NCBI GenBank assembly: GCA_965235115.1
Contig: OZ249436.1
Span: forward strand, 24,616,001-24,680,000
DNA from: Laetmonice hystrix
Taxonomy: Eukaryota
Length of the DNA stretch: 64,000 bases
Direction: 5' to 3'
Position numbers and translations under genes: made by a program. Below, in pieces: positions 39,801 through 54,900 of the stretch (the stretch's first letter is position 1; the number at the start of each line of letters is the position of its first letter). Under the pieces are notes generated by a model. It did no database searches, was not told where the DNA came from, and was given only the letters and a program-made list of their open reading frames with translations.

Positions 39801-42800
39801 AATGCTCCCAGCATAAAACGATGTTGCAATTAATTTAAAATTAACAAGATGCACTAGTAATCCGATCCAAGCCTAATTACGTCATTGCTAGTTTCATAAC
39901 CAAATCTCACAGAAAATACCCCACCCGCGCACATAACCTGAAAATATTCAACTTTTATCTCCAATGTATCCCTGTGCACCTAGTAGCACCCAAGCGGGCC
40001 CAATTTTGACATTCCAACACAAATACCGCAAATACCCGCCTAATGGCACAAAAAACTTTCTACCCCGTTGCAAGTCACATTAGCTTGCTGCTTGTCGTAA
40101 AAAATGGTGCAGACCATTTCTAAAGTCACAGTACCCCACTCCCGGCCTAATATTACGTTTCAGTATCCATATACGCTGCAAGCGGCAGGAACTCGAATAC
40201 AGGCCTAAAAGTAACCCCAGTCTAGCAATATCATACTCTCATGCCATATACGAGCTTGTAATTATCTTTAATTAATGGGCTCCGCAGCACCAACCCACTG
40301 CATTAACATTTGTTTAACAGCTTAACGCACCTTGTAAAAAATTTTCAAGTGCGTAAAAATGCGTGTCCACCTCCACATACTTTAAAAATCACTATACCCA
40401 CCCAGCGACATTCACTCTAATACACGCCTAAGAGGAACTTCACTGTCCCATTTGATTCTCCAGCACGTATAGGATGTTTCAAGTAACATTTATCCACGGT
40501 CTGGCCCAATAACGTGCAACAAGGCATAGTAAGTCAATGCGAGCTCGCATGTCAAACCTAACCCGCCCCCCAGCACATGAGCTGGAGATATTCAAATAGC
40601 TTGAAAACTAGAATATAGCTTTGCTTAATACCATTATACCATCAACTCGCATTACAGGCCTAATGCGAAGCTCCCAGCCTAAAACGAGTTTCCAATTAAT
40701 TTAAAGTTAACAAGATGCACTAATAATCGATTCCAAGCCTAATTAGGCCATTGCTAGTTGGATAACCAAATCTCATACAAAATACACCCTCCCGGCAGAT
40801 GACCTGAGAATATTCAACTCTTATGTCCGATATATCCCTGTCCGCTTAGTAGCACCCAGCCGGGCCCCCATTTTGACATTGCAACACCAATACAGCAAGT
40901 GCCCAGCTAACAGCACAAATAACAGGATTCAGGGCTTCCTACCACGTTACAAGTCACAATAGATTGCTGCCTGTCGTAAAAATATACCAGACCATTTTAA
41001 AAAGTCACAGAACCCCAATCCGGCCCTAATATGTCACTCCCAGTACCAATAGACGCTGGAAGCACCATCAACTGAAATTCAGGCCTAGAACCCACCTCTC
41101 TCTACCAATATCATGCACCTAGTCCGTATACGAGGTTGTAATTTACTTTAATCAACGGGCTGCGCCGCAGCAACCCACTCTGGTCTTTGCAATCTTTTTC
41201 AATATGCGTTAACATTTGTGACCAGCTCAACGCGCCTTGTAAAATTTTTCAAAGTGCGTAAAAGTGTGTGTCCACCCCGACACGCTTTCCAAACCACTAT
41301 ACCCACCGAGCGACATCCACTCAAATACAGGCTTCGACCGATCCTCACTGTGCCAATAATCCGCCACAAGGCAAATTCAGTCAATGCAAGCTGGAAAATC
41401 GAATGTCAAACCTAATGCTCCCCCCCCCCCCAGCACGTTAACTGAAAATAATCAACTAGCTTGAAAACTAGAATATAGCTTTGTTAAGCTAACAATCTAC
41501 TCTCCCAGCGCCATCAACTCGCATACAGGCGTAAAAGCAAACGCACTGCCCCATATAATGCTTCCAGCCTAAAACGATGTTGCAATTAATTTAAAATTAA
41601 CAAGATGCACTAGTAATCCGATCCAAGCCTAATTACGTCATTGCTAGTTTCATAACCAAATCTCACAGAAAATACCCCACCCGCGCACATAACCTGAAAA
41701 TATTCAACTTTTATCTCCAATGTATCCCTGTGCACCTAGTAGCACCCAAGCGGGCCCAATTTTGACATTCCAACACAAATACCGCAAATACCCGCCTAAT
41801 GGCACAAAAAACTTTCTACCCCGTTGCAAGTCACATTAGCTTGCTGCTTGTCGTAAAAAATGGTGCAGACCATTTCTAAAGTTACAGTACCCCACTCCCG
41901 GCCTAATATTACGTTTCAGTATCCATATACGCTGCAAGCGGCAGGAACTCGAATACAGGCCTAAAAGTAACCCCAGTCTAGCAATATCATACTCTCATGC
42001 CATATACGAGCTTGTAATTATCTTTAATTAATGGGCTCCGCAGCACCAACCCACTGCATTAACATTTGTTTAACAGCTTAACGCACCTTGTAAAAAATTT
42101 TCAAGTGCGTAAAAATGCGTGTCCACCTCCACATACTTTAAAAATCACTATACCCACCCAGCGACATTCACTCTAATACACGCCTAAGAGGAACTTCACT
42201 GTCCCATTTGATTCTCCAGCACGTATAGGATGTTTCAAGTAACATTTATCCACGGTCTGGCCCAATAACGTGCAACAAGGCATAGTAAGTCAATGCGACC
42301 TCGCATGTCAAACCTAACCCGCCCCCCAGCACATGAGCTGGAGATATTCAAATAGCTTGAAAACTAGAATATAGCTTTGCTTAATACCATTATACCATCA
42401 ACTCGCATTACAGGCCTAATGCGAAGCTCCCAGCCTAAAACGAGTTTCCAATTAATTTAAAGTTAACAAGATGCACTAATAATCGATTCCAAGCCTAATT
42501 AGGCCATTGCTAGTTGGATAACCAAATCTCATACAAAATACACCCTCCCGGCAGATGACCTGAGAATATTCAACTCTTATGTCCGATATATCCCTGTCCG
42601 CTTAGTAGCACCCAGCCGGGCCCCCATTTTGACATTGCAACACCAATACAGCAAGTGCCCAGCTAACAGCACAAATAACAGGATTCAGGGCTTCCTACCA
42701 CGTTACAAGTCACAATAGATTGCTGCCTGTCGTAAAAATATACCAGACCATTTTAAAAAGTCACAGAACCCCAATCCGGCCCTAATATGTCACTCCCAGT

Positions 42801-45800
42801 ACCAATAGACGCTGGAAGCACCATCAACTGAAATTCAGGCCTAGAACCCACCTCTCTCTACCAATATCATGCACCTAGTCCGTATACGAGGTTGTAATTT
42901 ACTTTAATCAACGGGCTGCGCCGCAGCAACCCACTCTGGTCTTTGCAATTTTTTTCAATATGCGTTAACATTTGTGACCAGCTCAACGCGCCTTGTAAAA
43001 TTTTTCAAAGTGCGTAAAAGTGTGTGTCCACCCCGACACGCTTTCCAAACCACTATACCCACCGAGCGACATCCACTCAAATACAGGCTTCGACCGATCC
43101 TCACTGTGCCAATAATCCGCCACAAGGCAAATTCAGTCAATGCAAGCTGGAAAATCGAATGTCAAACCTAATGCTCCCCCCCCCAGCACGTTAACTGAAA
43201 AAAATCAACTAGCTTGAAAACTAGAATATAGCTTTGTTTAGCTAACAATCTACTCTCCCAGCGCCATCAACTCGCATACAGGCGTAAAAGCAAACGCACT
43301 GCCCCATATAATGCTCCCAGCCTAAAACGATGTTGCAATTAATTTAAAATTAACAAGATGCACTAGTAATCCGATCCAAGCCTAATTACGTCATTGCTAG
43401 TTTCATAACCAAATCTCACAGAAAATACCCCACCCGCGCACATAACCTGAAAATATTCAACTTTTATCTCCAATGTATCCCTGTGCACCTAGTAGCACAC
43501 AAGCGGGCCCAATTTTGACATCCCAACACAAATACCGCAAATACCCGCCTAATGGCACAAAAAACTTTCTACCCCGTTGCAAGTCACATTAGCGTGCTGC
43601 TTGTCGTAAAAAATGGTGCAGACCATTTCTAAAGTCACAGTACCCCACTCCCGTCCTAATATTACGTTTCAGTATCCATATACGCTGCAAGCGGCAGGAA
43701 CTCGAATACAGGCCTAAAAGTAACCTCAGTCTAGCAATATCATACTCCCATGCCATATACGAGCTTGTAATTATCTTTAATTAATGGGCTCCGCAGCACC
43801 AACCCACTGCATTAACATTTGTTTAACAGCTTAACACACCTTGTAAAATTTTTTCAAGTGCGTAAAAATGCGTGTCCACCTCCACATACTTTAAAAATCA
43901 CTATACCCACCCAGCGACATCCACTCTAATACACGCCTAAAAGGAACTTCACTGTCCCATTTGATTCTCCAGCACGTATAGGATGTTTCAAGTAACATTC
44001 ATCCACGGTCTGGCCCAATAACGTGCAACAAGGCATAGTAAGTCAATGCGAGCTCGCATGTCAAACCTAACCCGCCCCCAAGCACATGAGCTGAAAATAT
44101 TCAAATAGCTTGAAAACTAGAATATAGCTTTGCTTAATACCATTATACCATCAACTCGCATTACAGGCCTAATGCGAAGCTCCCAGCCTAAAACGAGTTT
44201 CCAATTAATTTAAAGTTAACAAGATGCACTAATAATCGATTCCAAGCCTAATTAGGCCATTGCTAGTTGGATAACCAAATCTCATACAAAATACACCCTC
44301 CCGGCAGATGACCTGAGAATATTCAACTCTTATGTCCGATATATCCCTGTCCGCTTAGTAGCACCCAGCCGGGCCCCCATTTTGACATTGCAACACCAAT
44401 ACAGCAAGTGCCCAGCTAACAGCACAAATAACAGGATTCAGGGCTTCCTACCACGTTACAAGTCACAATAGATTGCTGCCTGTCGTAAAAATATACCAGA
44501 CCATTTTAAAAAGTCACAGAACCCCAATCCGGCCCTAATATGTCACTCCCAGTACCAATAGACGCTGGAAGCACCATCAACTGAAATTCAGGCCTAGAAC
44601 CCACCTCTCTCTACCAATATCATGCACCTAGTCCGTATACGAGGTTGTAATTTCCTTTAATCAACGGGCTGCGCCGCAGCAACCCACTCTGGTCTTTGCA
44701 ATCTTTTTCAATATGCGTTAACATTTGTGACCAGCTCAACGCGCCTTGTAAAATTTTTCAAAGTGCGTAAAAGTGTGTGTCCACCCCGACACGCTTTCCA
44801 AACCACTATACCCACCGAGCGACATCCACTCAAATACAGGCTTCGACCGATCCTCACTGTGCCAATAATCCGCCACAAGGCAAATTCAGTCAATGCAAGC
44901 TGGAAAATCGAATGTCAAACCTAATGCTCCCCCCCCCAGCACGTTAACTGAAAATAATCAACTAGCTTGAAAACTAGAATATAGCTTTGTTTAGCTAACA
45001 ATCTACTCTCCCAGCGCCATCAACTCGCATACAGGCGTAAAAGCAAACGCACTGCCCCATATAATGCTCCCAGCATAAAACGATGTTGCAATTAATTTAA
45101 AATTAACAAGATGCACTAGTAATCCGATCCAAGCCTAATTACGTCATTGCTAGTTTCATAACCAAATCTCACAGAAAATACCCCACCCGCGCACATAACC
45201 TGAAAATATTCAACTTTTATCTCCAATGTATCCCTGTGCACCTAGTAGCACCCAAGCGGGCCCAATTTTGACATTCCAACACAAATACCGCAAATACCCG
45301 CCTAATGGCACAAAAAACTTTCTACCCCGTTGCAAGTCACATTAGCTTGCTGCTTGTCGTAAAAAATGGTGCAGACCATTTCTAAAGTCACAGTACCCCA
45401 CTCCCGGCCTAATATTACGTTTCAGTATCCATATACGCTGCAAGCGGCAGGAACTCGAATACAGGCCTAAAAGTAACCCCAGTCTAGCAATATCATACTC
45501 TCATGCCATATACGAGCTTGTAATTATCTTTAATTAATGGGCTCCGCAGCACCAACCCACTGCATTAACATTTGTTTAACAGCTTAACGCACCTTGTAAA
45601 AAAATTTTCAAGTGCGTAAAAATGCGTGTCCACCTCCACATACTTTAAAAATCACTATACCCACCCAGCGACATTCACTCTAATACACGCCTAAGAGGAA
45701 CTTCACTGTCCCATTTGATTCTCCAGCACGTATAGGATGTTTCAAGTAACATTTATCCACGGTCTGGCCCAATAACGTGCAACAAGGCATAGTAAGTCAA

Positions 45801-47352
45801 TGCGAGCTCGCATGTCAAACCTAACCCGCCCCCCAGCACATGAGCTGAAAATATTCAAATAGCTTGAAAACTAGAATATAGCTTTGCTTAATACCATTAT
45901 ACCATCAACTCGCATTACAGGCCTAATGCGAAGCTCCCAGCCTAAAACGAGTTTCCAATTAATTTAAAGTTAACAAGATGCACTAATAATCGATTCCAAG
46001 CCTAATTAGGCCATTGCTAGTTGGATAACCAAATCTCATACAAAATACACCCTCCCGGCAGATGACCTGAGAATATTCAACTCTTATGTCCGATATATCC
46101 CTGTCCGCTTAGTAGCACCCAGCCGGGCCCCCATTTTGACATTGCAACACCAATACAGCAAGTGCCCAGCTAACAGCACAAATAACAGGATTCAGGGCTT
46201 CCTACCACGTTACAAGTCACAATAGATTGCTGCCTGTCGTAAAAATATACCAGACCATTTTAAAAAGTCACAGAACCCCAATCCGGCCCTAATATGTCAC
46301 TCCCAGTACCAATACACGCTGGAAGCACCATCAACTGAAATTCAGGCCTAGAACCCACCTCTCTCTACCAATATCATGCACCTAGTCCGTTAACGAGGTT
46401 GTAATTTACTTTAATCAACGGGCTGCGCCGCAGCAACCCACTCTGGTCTTTGCAATCTTTTTCAATATGCGTTAACATTTGTAACCAGCTCAACGCGCCT
46501 TGTAAAATTTTTCAAAGTGCGTAAAAGTGTGTGTCCACCCCGACACGCTTTCCAAACCACTATACCCACCGAGCGACATCCACTCAAATACAGGCTTCGA
46601 CCGATCCTCACTGTGCCAATAATCCGCCACAAGGCAAATTCAGTCAATGCAAGCTGGAAAATCGAATGTCAAACCTAATGCTCCCCCCCCCCCCAGCACG
46701 TTAACTGAAAATAATCAACTAGCTTGAAAACTAGAATATAGCTTTGTTAAGCTAACAATCTACTCTCCCAGCGCCATCAACTCGCATACAGGCGTAAAAG
46801 CAAACGCACTGCCCCATATAATGCTTCCAGCCTAAAACGATGTTGCAATTAATTTAAAATTAACAAGATGCACTAGTAATCCGATCCAAGCCTAATTACG
46901 TCATTGCTAGTTTCATAACCAAATCTCACAGAAAATACCCCACCCGCGCACATAACCTGAAAATATTCAACTTTTATCTCCAATGTATCCCTGTGCACCT
47001 AGTAGCACCCAAGCGGGCCCAATTTTGACATTCCAACACAAATACCGCAAATACCCGCCTAATGGCACAAAAAACTTTCTACCCCGTTGCAAGTCACATT
47101 AGCTTGCTGCTTGTCGTAAAAAATGGTGCAGACCATTTCTAAAGTCACAGTACCCCACTCCCGGCCTAATATTACGTTTCAGTATCCATATACGCTGCAA
47201 GCGGCAGGAACTCGAATACAGGCCTAAAAGTAACCCCAGTCTAGCAATATCATACTCTCATGCCATATACGAGCTTGTAATTATCTTTAATTAATGGGCT
47301 CCGCAGCACCAACCCACTGCATTAACATTTGTTTAACAGCTTAACGCACCTT

Positions 47353-48978
47353 GTAAAAAATTTTCAAGTGCGTAAAAATGCGTGTCCACCTCCACATACT
47401 TTAAAAATCACTATACCCACCCAGCGACATTCACTCTAATACACGCCTAAGAGGAACTTCACTGTCCCATTTGATTCTCCAGCACGTATAGGATGTTTCA
47501 AGTAACATTTATCCACGGTCTGGCCCAATAACGTGCAACAAGGCATAGTAAGTCAATGCGACCTCGCATGTCAAACCTAACCCGCCCCCCAGCACATGAG
47601 CTGGAGATATTCAAATAGCTTGAAAACTAGAATATAGCTTTGCTTAATACCATTATACCATCAACTCGCATTACAGGCCTAATGCGAAGCTCCCAGCCTA
47701 AAACGAGTTTCCAATTAATTTAAAGTTAACAAGATGCACTAATAATCGATTCCAAGCCTAATTAGGCCATTGCTAGTTGGATAACCAAATCTCATACAAA
47801 ATACACCCTCCCGGCAGATGACCTGAGAATATTCAACTCTTATGTCCGATATATCCCTGTCCGCTTAGTAGCACCCAGCCGGGCCCCCATTTTGACATTG
47901 CAACACCAATACAGCAAGTGCCCAGCTAACAGCACAAATAACAGGATTCAGGGCTTCCTACCACGTTACAAGTCACAATAGATTGCTGCCTGTCGTAAAA
48001 ATATACCAGACCATTTTAAAAAGTCACAGAACCCCAATCCGGCCCTAATATGTCACTCCCAGTACCAATAGACGCTGGAAGCACCATCAACTGAAATTCA
48101 GGCCTAGAACCCACCTCTCTCTACCAATATCATGCACCTAGTCCGTATACGAGGTTGTAATTTACTTCAATCAACGGGCTGCGCCGCAGCAACCCACTCT
48201 GGTCTTTGCAATCTTTTTCAATATGCGTTAACATTTGTGACCAGCTCAACGCGCCTTGTAAAATTTTTCAAAGTGCGTAAAAGTGTGTGTCCACCCCGAC
48301 ACGCTTTCCAAACCACTATACCCACCGAGCGACATCCACTCAAATACAGGCTTCGACCGATCCTCACTGTGCCAATAATCCGCCACAAGGCAAATTCAGT
48401 CAATGCAAGCTGGAAAATCGAATGTCAAACCTAATGCTCCCCCCCCCCCCCAGCACGTTAACTGAAAATAATCAACTAGCTTGAAAACTAGAATATAGCT
48501 TTGTTAAGCTAACAATCTACTCTCCCAGCGCCATCAACTCGCATACAGGCGTAAAAGCAAACGCACTGCCCCATATAATGCTCCCAGCCTAAAACGATGT
48601 TGCAATTAATTTAAAATTAACAAGATGCACTAGTAATCCGATCCAAGCCTAATTACGTCATTGCTAGTTTCATAACCAAATCTCACAGAAAATACCCCAC
48701 CCGCGCACATAACCTGAAAATATTCAACTTTTATCTCCAATGTATCCCTGTGCACCTAGTAGCACCCAAGCGGGCCCAATTTTGACATTCCAACACAAAT
48801 ACCGCAAATACCCGCCTAATGGCACAAAAAACTTTCTACCCCGTTGCAAGTCACATTAGCTTGCTGCTTGTCGTAAAAAATGGTCATGCCATATACGAGC
48901 TTGTAATTATCTTTAATTAATGGGCTCCGCAGCACCAACCCACTGCATTAACATTTGTTTAACAGCTTAACGCACCTT
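47353..48978 (+). repeat. Truncated unit 28 (1,626 bp) with a 131-bp deletion in subunit B
   Basis: The junction AAAAAATGGT|CATGCCATATACG at 48884/48885 removes the equivalent of unit-1 positions 1528-1658. The length check agrees: 1752 + 5 extra C - 131 = 1626. Confidence 0.97.
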
Positions 48979-51900
48979 GTAAAAAATTTTCAAGTGCGTA
49001 AAAATGCGTGTCCACCTCCACATACTTTAAAAATCACTATACCCACCCAGCGACATTCACTCTAATACACGCCTAAGAGGAACTTCACTGTCCCATTTGA
49101 TTCTCCAGCACGTATAGGATGTTTCAAGTAACATTTATCCACGGTCTGGCCCAATAACGTGCAACAAGGCATAGTAAGTCAATGCGACCTCGCATGTCAA
49201 ACCTAACCCGCCCCCCAGCACATGAGCTGGAGATATTCAAATAGCTTGAAAACTAGAATATAGCTTTGCTTAATACCATTATACCATCAACTCGCATTAC
49301 AGGCCTAATGCGAAGCTCCCAGCCTAAAACGAGTTTCCAATTAATTTAAAGTTAACAAGATGCACTAATAATCGATTCCAAGCCTAATTAGGCCATTGCT
49401 AGTTGGATAACCAAATCTCATACAAAATACACCCTCCCGGCAGATGACCTGAGAATATTCAACTCTTATGTCCGATATATCCCTGTCCGCTTAGTAGCAC
49501 CCAGCCGGGCCCCCATTTTGACATTGCAACACCAATACAGCAAGTGCCCAGCTAACAGCACAAATAACAGGATTCAGGGCTTCCTACCACGTTACAAGTC
49601 ACAATAGATTGCTGCCTGTCGTAAAAATATACCAGACCATTTTAAAAAGTCACAGAACCCCAATCCGGCCCTAATATGTCACTCCCAGTACCAATAGACG
49701 CTGGAAGCACCATCAACTGAAATTCAGGCCTAGAACCCACCTCTCTCTACCAATATCATGCACTTAGTCCGTATACGAGGTTGTAATTTACTTTAATCAA
49801 CGGGCTGCGCCGCAGCAACCCACTCTGGTCTTTGCAATCTTTTTCAATATGCGTTAACATTTGTGACCAGCTCAACGCGCCTTGTAAAATTTTTCAAAGT
49901 GCGTAAAAGTGTGTGTCCACCCCGACACGCTTTCCAAACCACTATACCCACCGAGCGACATCCACTCAAATACAGGCTTCGACCGATCCTCACTGTGCCA
50001 ATAATCCGCCACAAGGCAAATTCAGTCAATGCAAGCTGGAAAATCGAATGTCAAACCTAATGCTCCCCCCCCCAGCACGTTAACTGAAAATAATCAACTA
50101 GCTTGAAAACTAGAATATAGCTTTGTTAAGCTAACAATCTACTCTCCCAGCGCCATCAACTCGCATACAGGCGTAAAAGCAAACGCACTGCCCCATATAA
50201 TGCTTCCAGCCTAAAACGATGTTGCAATTAATTTAAAATTAACAAGATGCACTAGTAATCCGATCCAAGCCTAATTACGTCATTGCTAGTTTCATAACCA
50301 AATCTCACAGAAAATACCCCACCCGCGCACATAACCTGAAAATATTCAACTTTTATCTCCAATGTATCCCTGTGCACCTAGTAGCACCCAAGCGGGCCCA
50401 ATTTTGACATTCCAACACAAATACCGCAAATACCCGCCTAATGGCACAAAAAACTTTCTACCCCGTTGCAAGTCACATTAGCTTGCTGCTTGTCGTAAAA
50501 AATGGTGCAGACCATTTCTAAAGTCACAGTACCCCACTCCCGGCCTAATATTACGTTTCAGTATCCATATACGCTGCAAGCGGCAGGAACTCGAATACAG
50601 GCCTAAAAGTAACCCCAGTCTAGCAATATCATACTCTCATGCCATATACGAGCTTGTAATTATCTTTAATTAATGGGCTCCGCAGCACCAACCCACTGCA
50701 TTAACATTTGTTTAACAGCTTAACGCACCTTGTAAAAAATTTTCAAGTGCGTAAAAATGCGTGTCCACCTCCACATACTTTAAAAATCACTATACCCACC
50801 CAGCGACATTCACTCTAATACACGCCTAAGAGGAACTTCACTGTCCCATTTGATTCTCCAGCACGTATAGGATGTTTCAAGTAACATTTATCCACGGTCT
50901 GGCCCAATAACGTGCAACAAGGCATAGTAAGTCAATGCGACCTCGCATGTCAAACCTAACCCGCCCCCCAGCACATGAGCTGGAGATATTCAAATAGCTT
51001 GAAAACTAGAATATAGCTTTGCTTAATACCATTATACCATCAACTCGCATTACAGGCCTAATGCGAAGCTCCCAGCCTAAAACGAGTTTCCAATTAATTT
51101 AAAGTTAACAAGATGCACTAATAATCGATTCCAAGCCTAATTAGGCCATTGCTAGTTGGATAACCAAATCTCATACAAAATACACCCTCCCGGCAGATGA
51201 CCTGAGAATATTCAACTCTTATGTCCGATATATCCCTGTCCGCTTAGTAGCACCCAGCCGGGCCCCCATTTTGACATTGCAACACCAATACAGCAAGTGC
51301 CCAGCTAACAGCACAAATAACAGGATTCAGGGCTTCCTACCACGTTACAAGTCACAATAGATTGCTGCCTGTCGTAAAAATATACCAGACCATTTTAAAA
51401 AGTCACAGAACCCCAATCCGGCCCTAATATGTCACTCCCAGTACCAATAGACGCTGGAAGCACCATCAACTGAAATTCAGGCCTAGAACCCACCTCTCTC
51501 TACCAATATCATGCACCTAGTCCGTATACGAGGTTGTAATTTACTTTAATCAACGGGCTGCGCCGCAGCAACCCACTCTGGTCTTTGCAATCTTTTTCAA
51601 TATGCGTTAACATTTGTGACCAGCTCAACGCGCCTTGTAAAATTTTTCAAAGTGCGTAAAAGTGTGTGTCCACCCCGACACGCTTTCCAAACCACTATAC
51701 CCACCGAGCGACATCCACTCAAATACAGGCTTCGACCGATCCTCACTGTGCCAATAATCCGCCACAAGGCAAATTCAGTCAATGCAAGCTGGAAAATCGA
51801 ATGTCAAACCTAATGCTCCCCCCCCCAGCACGTTAACTGAAAATAATCAACTAGCTTGAAAACTAGAATATAGCTTTGTTAAGCTAACAATCTACTCTCC

Positions 51901-54900
51901 CAGCGCCATCAACTCGCATACAGGCGTAAAAGCAAACGCACTGCCCCATATAATGCTCCCAGCCTAAAACGATGTTGCAATTAATTTAAAATTAACAAGA
52001 TGCACTAGTAATCCGATCCAAGCCTAATTACGTCATTGCTAGTTTCATAACCAAATCTCACAGAAAATACCCCACCCGCGCACATAACCTGAAAATATTC
52101 AACTTTTATCTCCAATGTATCCCTGTGCACCTAGTAGCACCCAAGCGGGCCCAATTTTGACATTCCAACACAAATACCGCAAATACCCGCCTAATGGCAC
52201 AAAAAACTTTCTACCCCGTTGCAAGTCACATTAGCTTGCTGCTTGTCGTAAAAAATGGTGCAGACCATTTCTAAAGTCACAGTACCCCACTCCCGGCCTA
52301 ATATTACGTTTCAGTATCCATATACGCTGCAAGCGGCAAGAACTCGAATACAGGCCTAAAAGTAACCCCAGTCTAGCAATATCATACTCTCATGCCATAT
52401 ACGAGCTTGTAATTATCTTTAATTAATGGGCTCCGCAGCACCAACCCACTGCATTAACATTTGTTTAACAGCTTAACGCACCTTGTAAAAAATTTTCAAG
52501 TGCGTAAAAATGCGTGTCCACCTCCACATACTTTAAAAATCACTATACCCACCCAGCGACATTCACTCTAATACACGCCTAAGAGGAACTTCACTGTCCC
52601 ATTTGATTCTCCAGCACGTATAGGATGTTTCAAGTAACATTCATCCACGGTCTGGCCCAATAACGTGCAACAAGGCATAGTAAGTCAATGCGAGCTCGCA
52701 TGTCAAACCTAACCCGCCCCCCAGCACATGAGCTGAAAATATTCAAATAGCTTGAAAACTAGAATATAGCTTTGCTTAATACCATTATACCATCAACTCG
52801 CATTACAGGCCTAATGCGAAGCTCCCAGCCTAAAACGAGTTTCCAATTAATTTAAAGTTAACAAGATGCACTAATAATCGATTCCAAGCCTAATTAGGCC
52901 ATTGCTAGTTGGATAACCAAATCTCATACAAAATACACCCTCCCGGCAGATGACCTGAGAATATTCAACTCTTATGTCCGATATATCCCTGTCCGCTTTG
53001 TAGCACCCAGCCGGGCCCCCATTTTGACATTGCAACACCAATACAGCAAGTGCCCAGCTAACAGCACAAATAACAGGATTCAGGGCTTCCTACCACGTTA
53101 CAAGTCACAATAGATTGCTGCCTGTCGTAAAAATATACCAGACCATTTTAAAAAGTCACAGAACCCCAATCCGGCCCTAATATGTCACTCCCAGTACCAA
53201 TACACTCTGGAAGCACCATCAACTGAAATTCAGGCCTAGAACCCACCTCTCTCTACCAATATCATGCACCTAGTCCGTATACGAGGTTGTAATTTACTTT
53301 AATCAACGGGCTGCGCCGCAGCAACCCACTCTGGTCTTTGCAATCTTTTTCAATATGCGTTAACATTTGTAACCAGCTCAACGCGCCTTGTAAAATTTTT
53401 CAAAGTGCGTAAAAGTGTGTGTCCACCCCGACACGCTTTCCAAACCACTATACCCACCGAGCGACATCCACTCAAATACAGGCTTCGACCGATCCTCACT
53501 GTGCCAATAATCCGCCACAAGGCAAATTCAGTCAATGCAAGCTGGAAAATCGAATGTCAAACCTAATACTCCCCCCCCCCCAGCACGTTAACTGAAAATA
53601 ATCAACTAGCTTGAAAACTAGAATATAGCTTTGTTTAGCTAACAATCTACTCTCCCAGCGCCATCAACTCGCATACAGGCGTAAAAGCAAACGCACTGCC
53701 CCATATAATGCTCCCAGCCTAAAACGATGTTGCAATTAATTTAAAATTAACAAGATGCACTAGTAATCCGATCCAAGCTTAATTACGTCATTGCTAGTTT
53801 CATAACCAAATCTCACAGAAAATACCCCACCCGGGCACATAACCTGAAAATATTCAACTTTTATCTCCAATGTATCCCTGTGCACCTAGTAGCACCCAAG
53901 CGGGCCCAATTTTGACATCCCAACACAAATACCGCAAATACCCGCCTAATGGCACAAAAAACTTTCTACCCCGTTGCAAGTCACATTAGCGTGCTGCTTG
54001 TCGTAAAAAATGGTGCAGACCATTTCTAAAGTCACAGTACCCCACTCCCGGCCTAATATTACGTTTCAGTATCCATATACGCTGCAAGCGGCAGGAACTC
54101 GAATACAGGCCTAAAAGTAACCTCAGTCTAGCAATATCATACTCCCATGCCATATACGAGCTTGTAATTATCTTTAATTAATGGGCTCCGCAGCACCAAC
54201 CCACTGCATTAACATTTGTTTAACAGCTTAACACACCTTGTAAAATTTTTTCAAGTGCGTAAAAATGCGTGTCCACCTCCACATACTTTAAAAATCACTA
54301 TACCCACCCAGCGACATCCACTCTAATACACGCCTAAAAGGAACTTCACTGTCCCATTTGATTCTCCAGCACGTATAGGATGTTTCAAGTAACATTCATC
54401 CACGGTCTGGCCCAATAACGTGCAACAAGGCATAGTAAGTCAATGCGAGCTCGCATGTCAAACCTAACCCGCCCCCAAGCACATGAGCTGAAAATATTCA
54501 AATAGCTTGAAAACTAGAATATAGCTTTGCTTAATACCATTATACCATCAACTCGCATTACAGGCCTAATGCGAAGCTCCCAGCCTAAAACGAGTTTCCA
54601 ATTAATTTAAAGTTAACAAGATGCACTAATAATCGATTCCAAGCCTAATTAGGCCATTGCTAGTTGGATAACCAAATCTCATACAAAATACACCCTCCCG
54701 GCAGATGACCTGAGAATATTCAACTCTTATGTCCGATATATCCCTGTCCGCTTAGTAGCACCCAGCCGGGCCCCCATTTTGACATTGCAACACCAATACA
54801 GCAAGTGCCCAGCTAACAGCACAAATAACAGGATTCAGGGCTTCCTACCACGTTACAAGTCACAATAGATTGCTGCCTGTCGTAAAAATATACCAGACCA

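Noticed and set aside
48132..48434. 100-aa ORF unique to unit 28
   Set aside because: It is created by a single private T>C at 48168 that removes a TAA stop present in all other copies; there is no sign of coding function.
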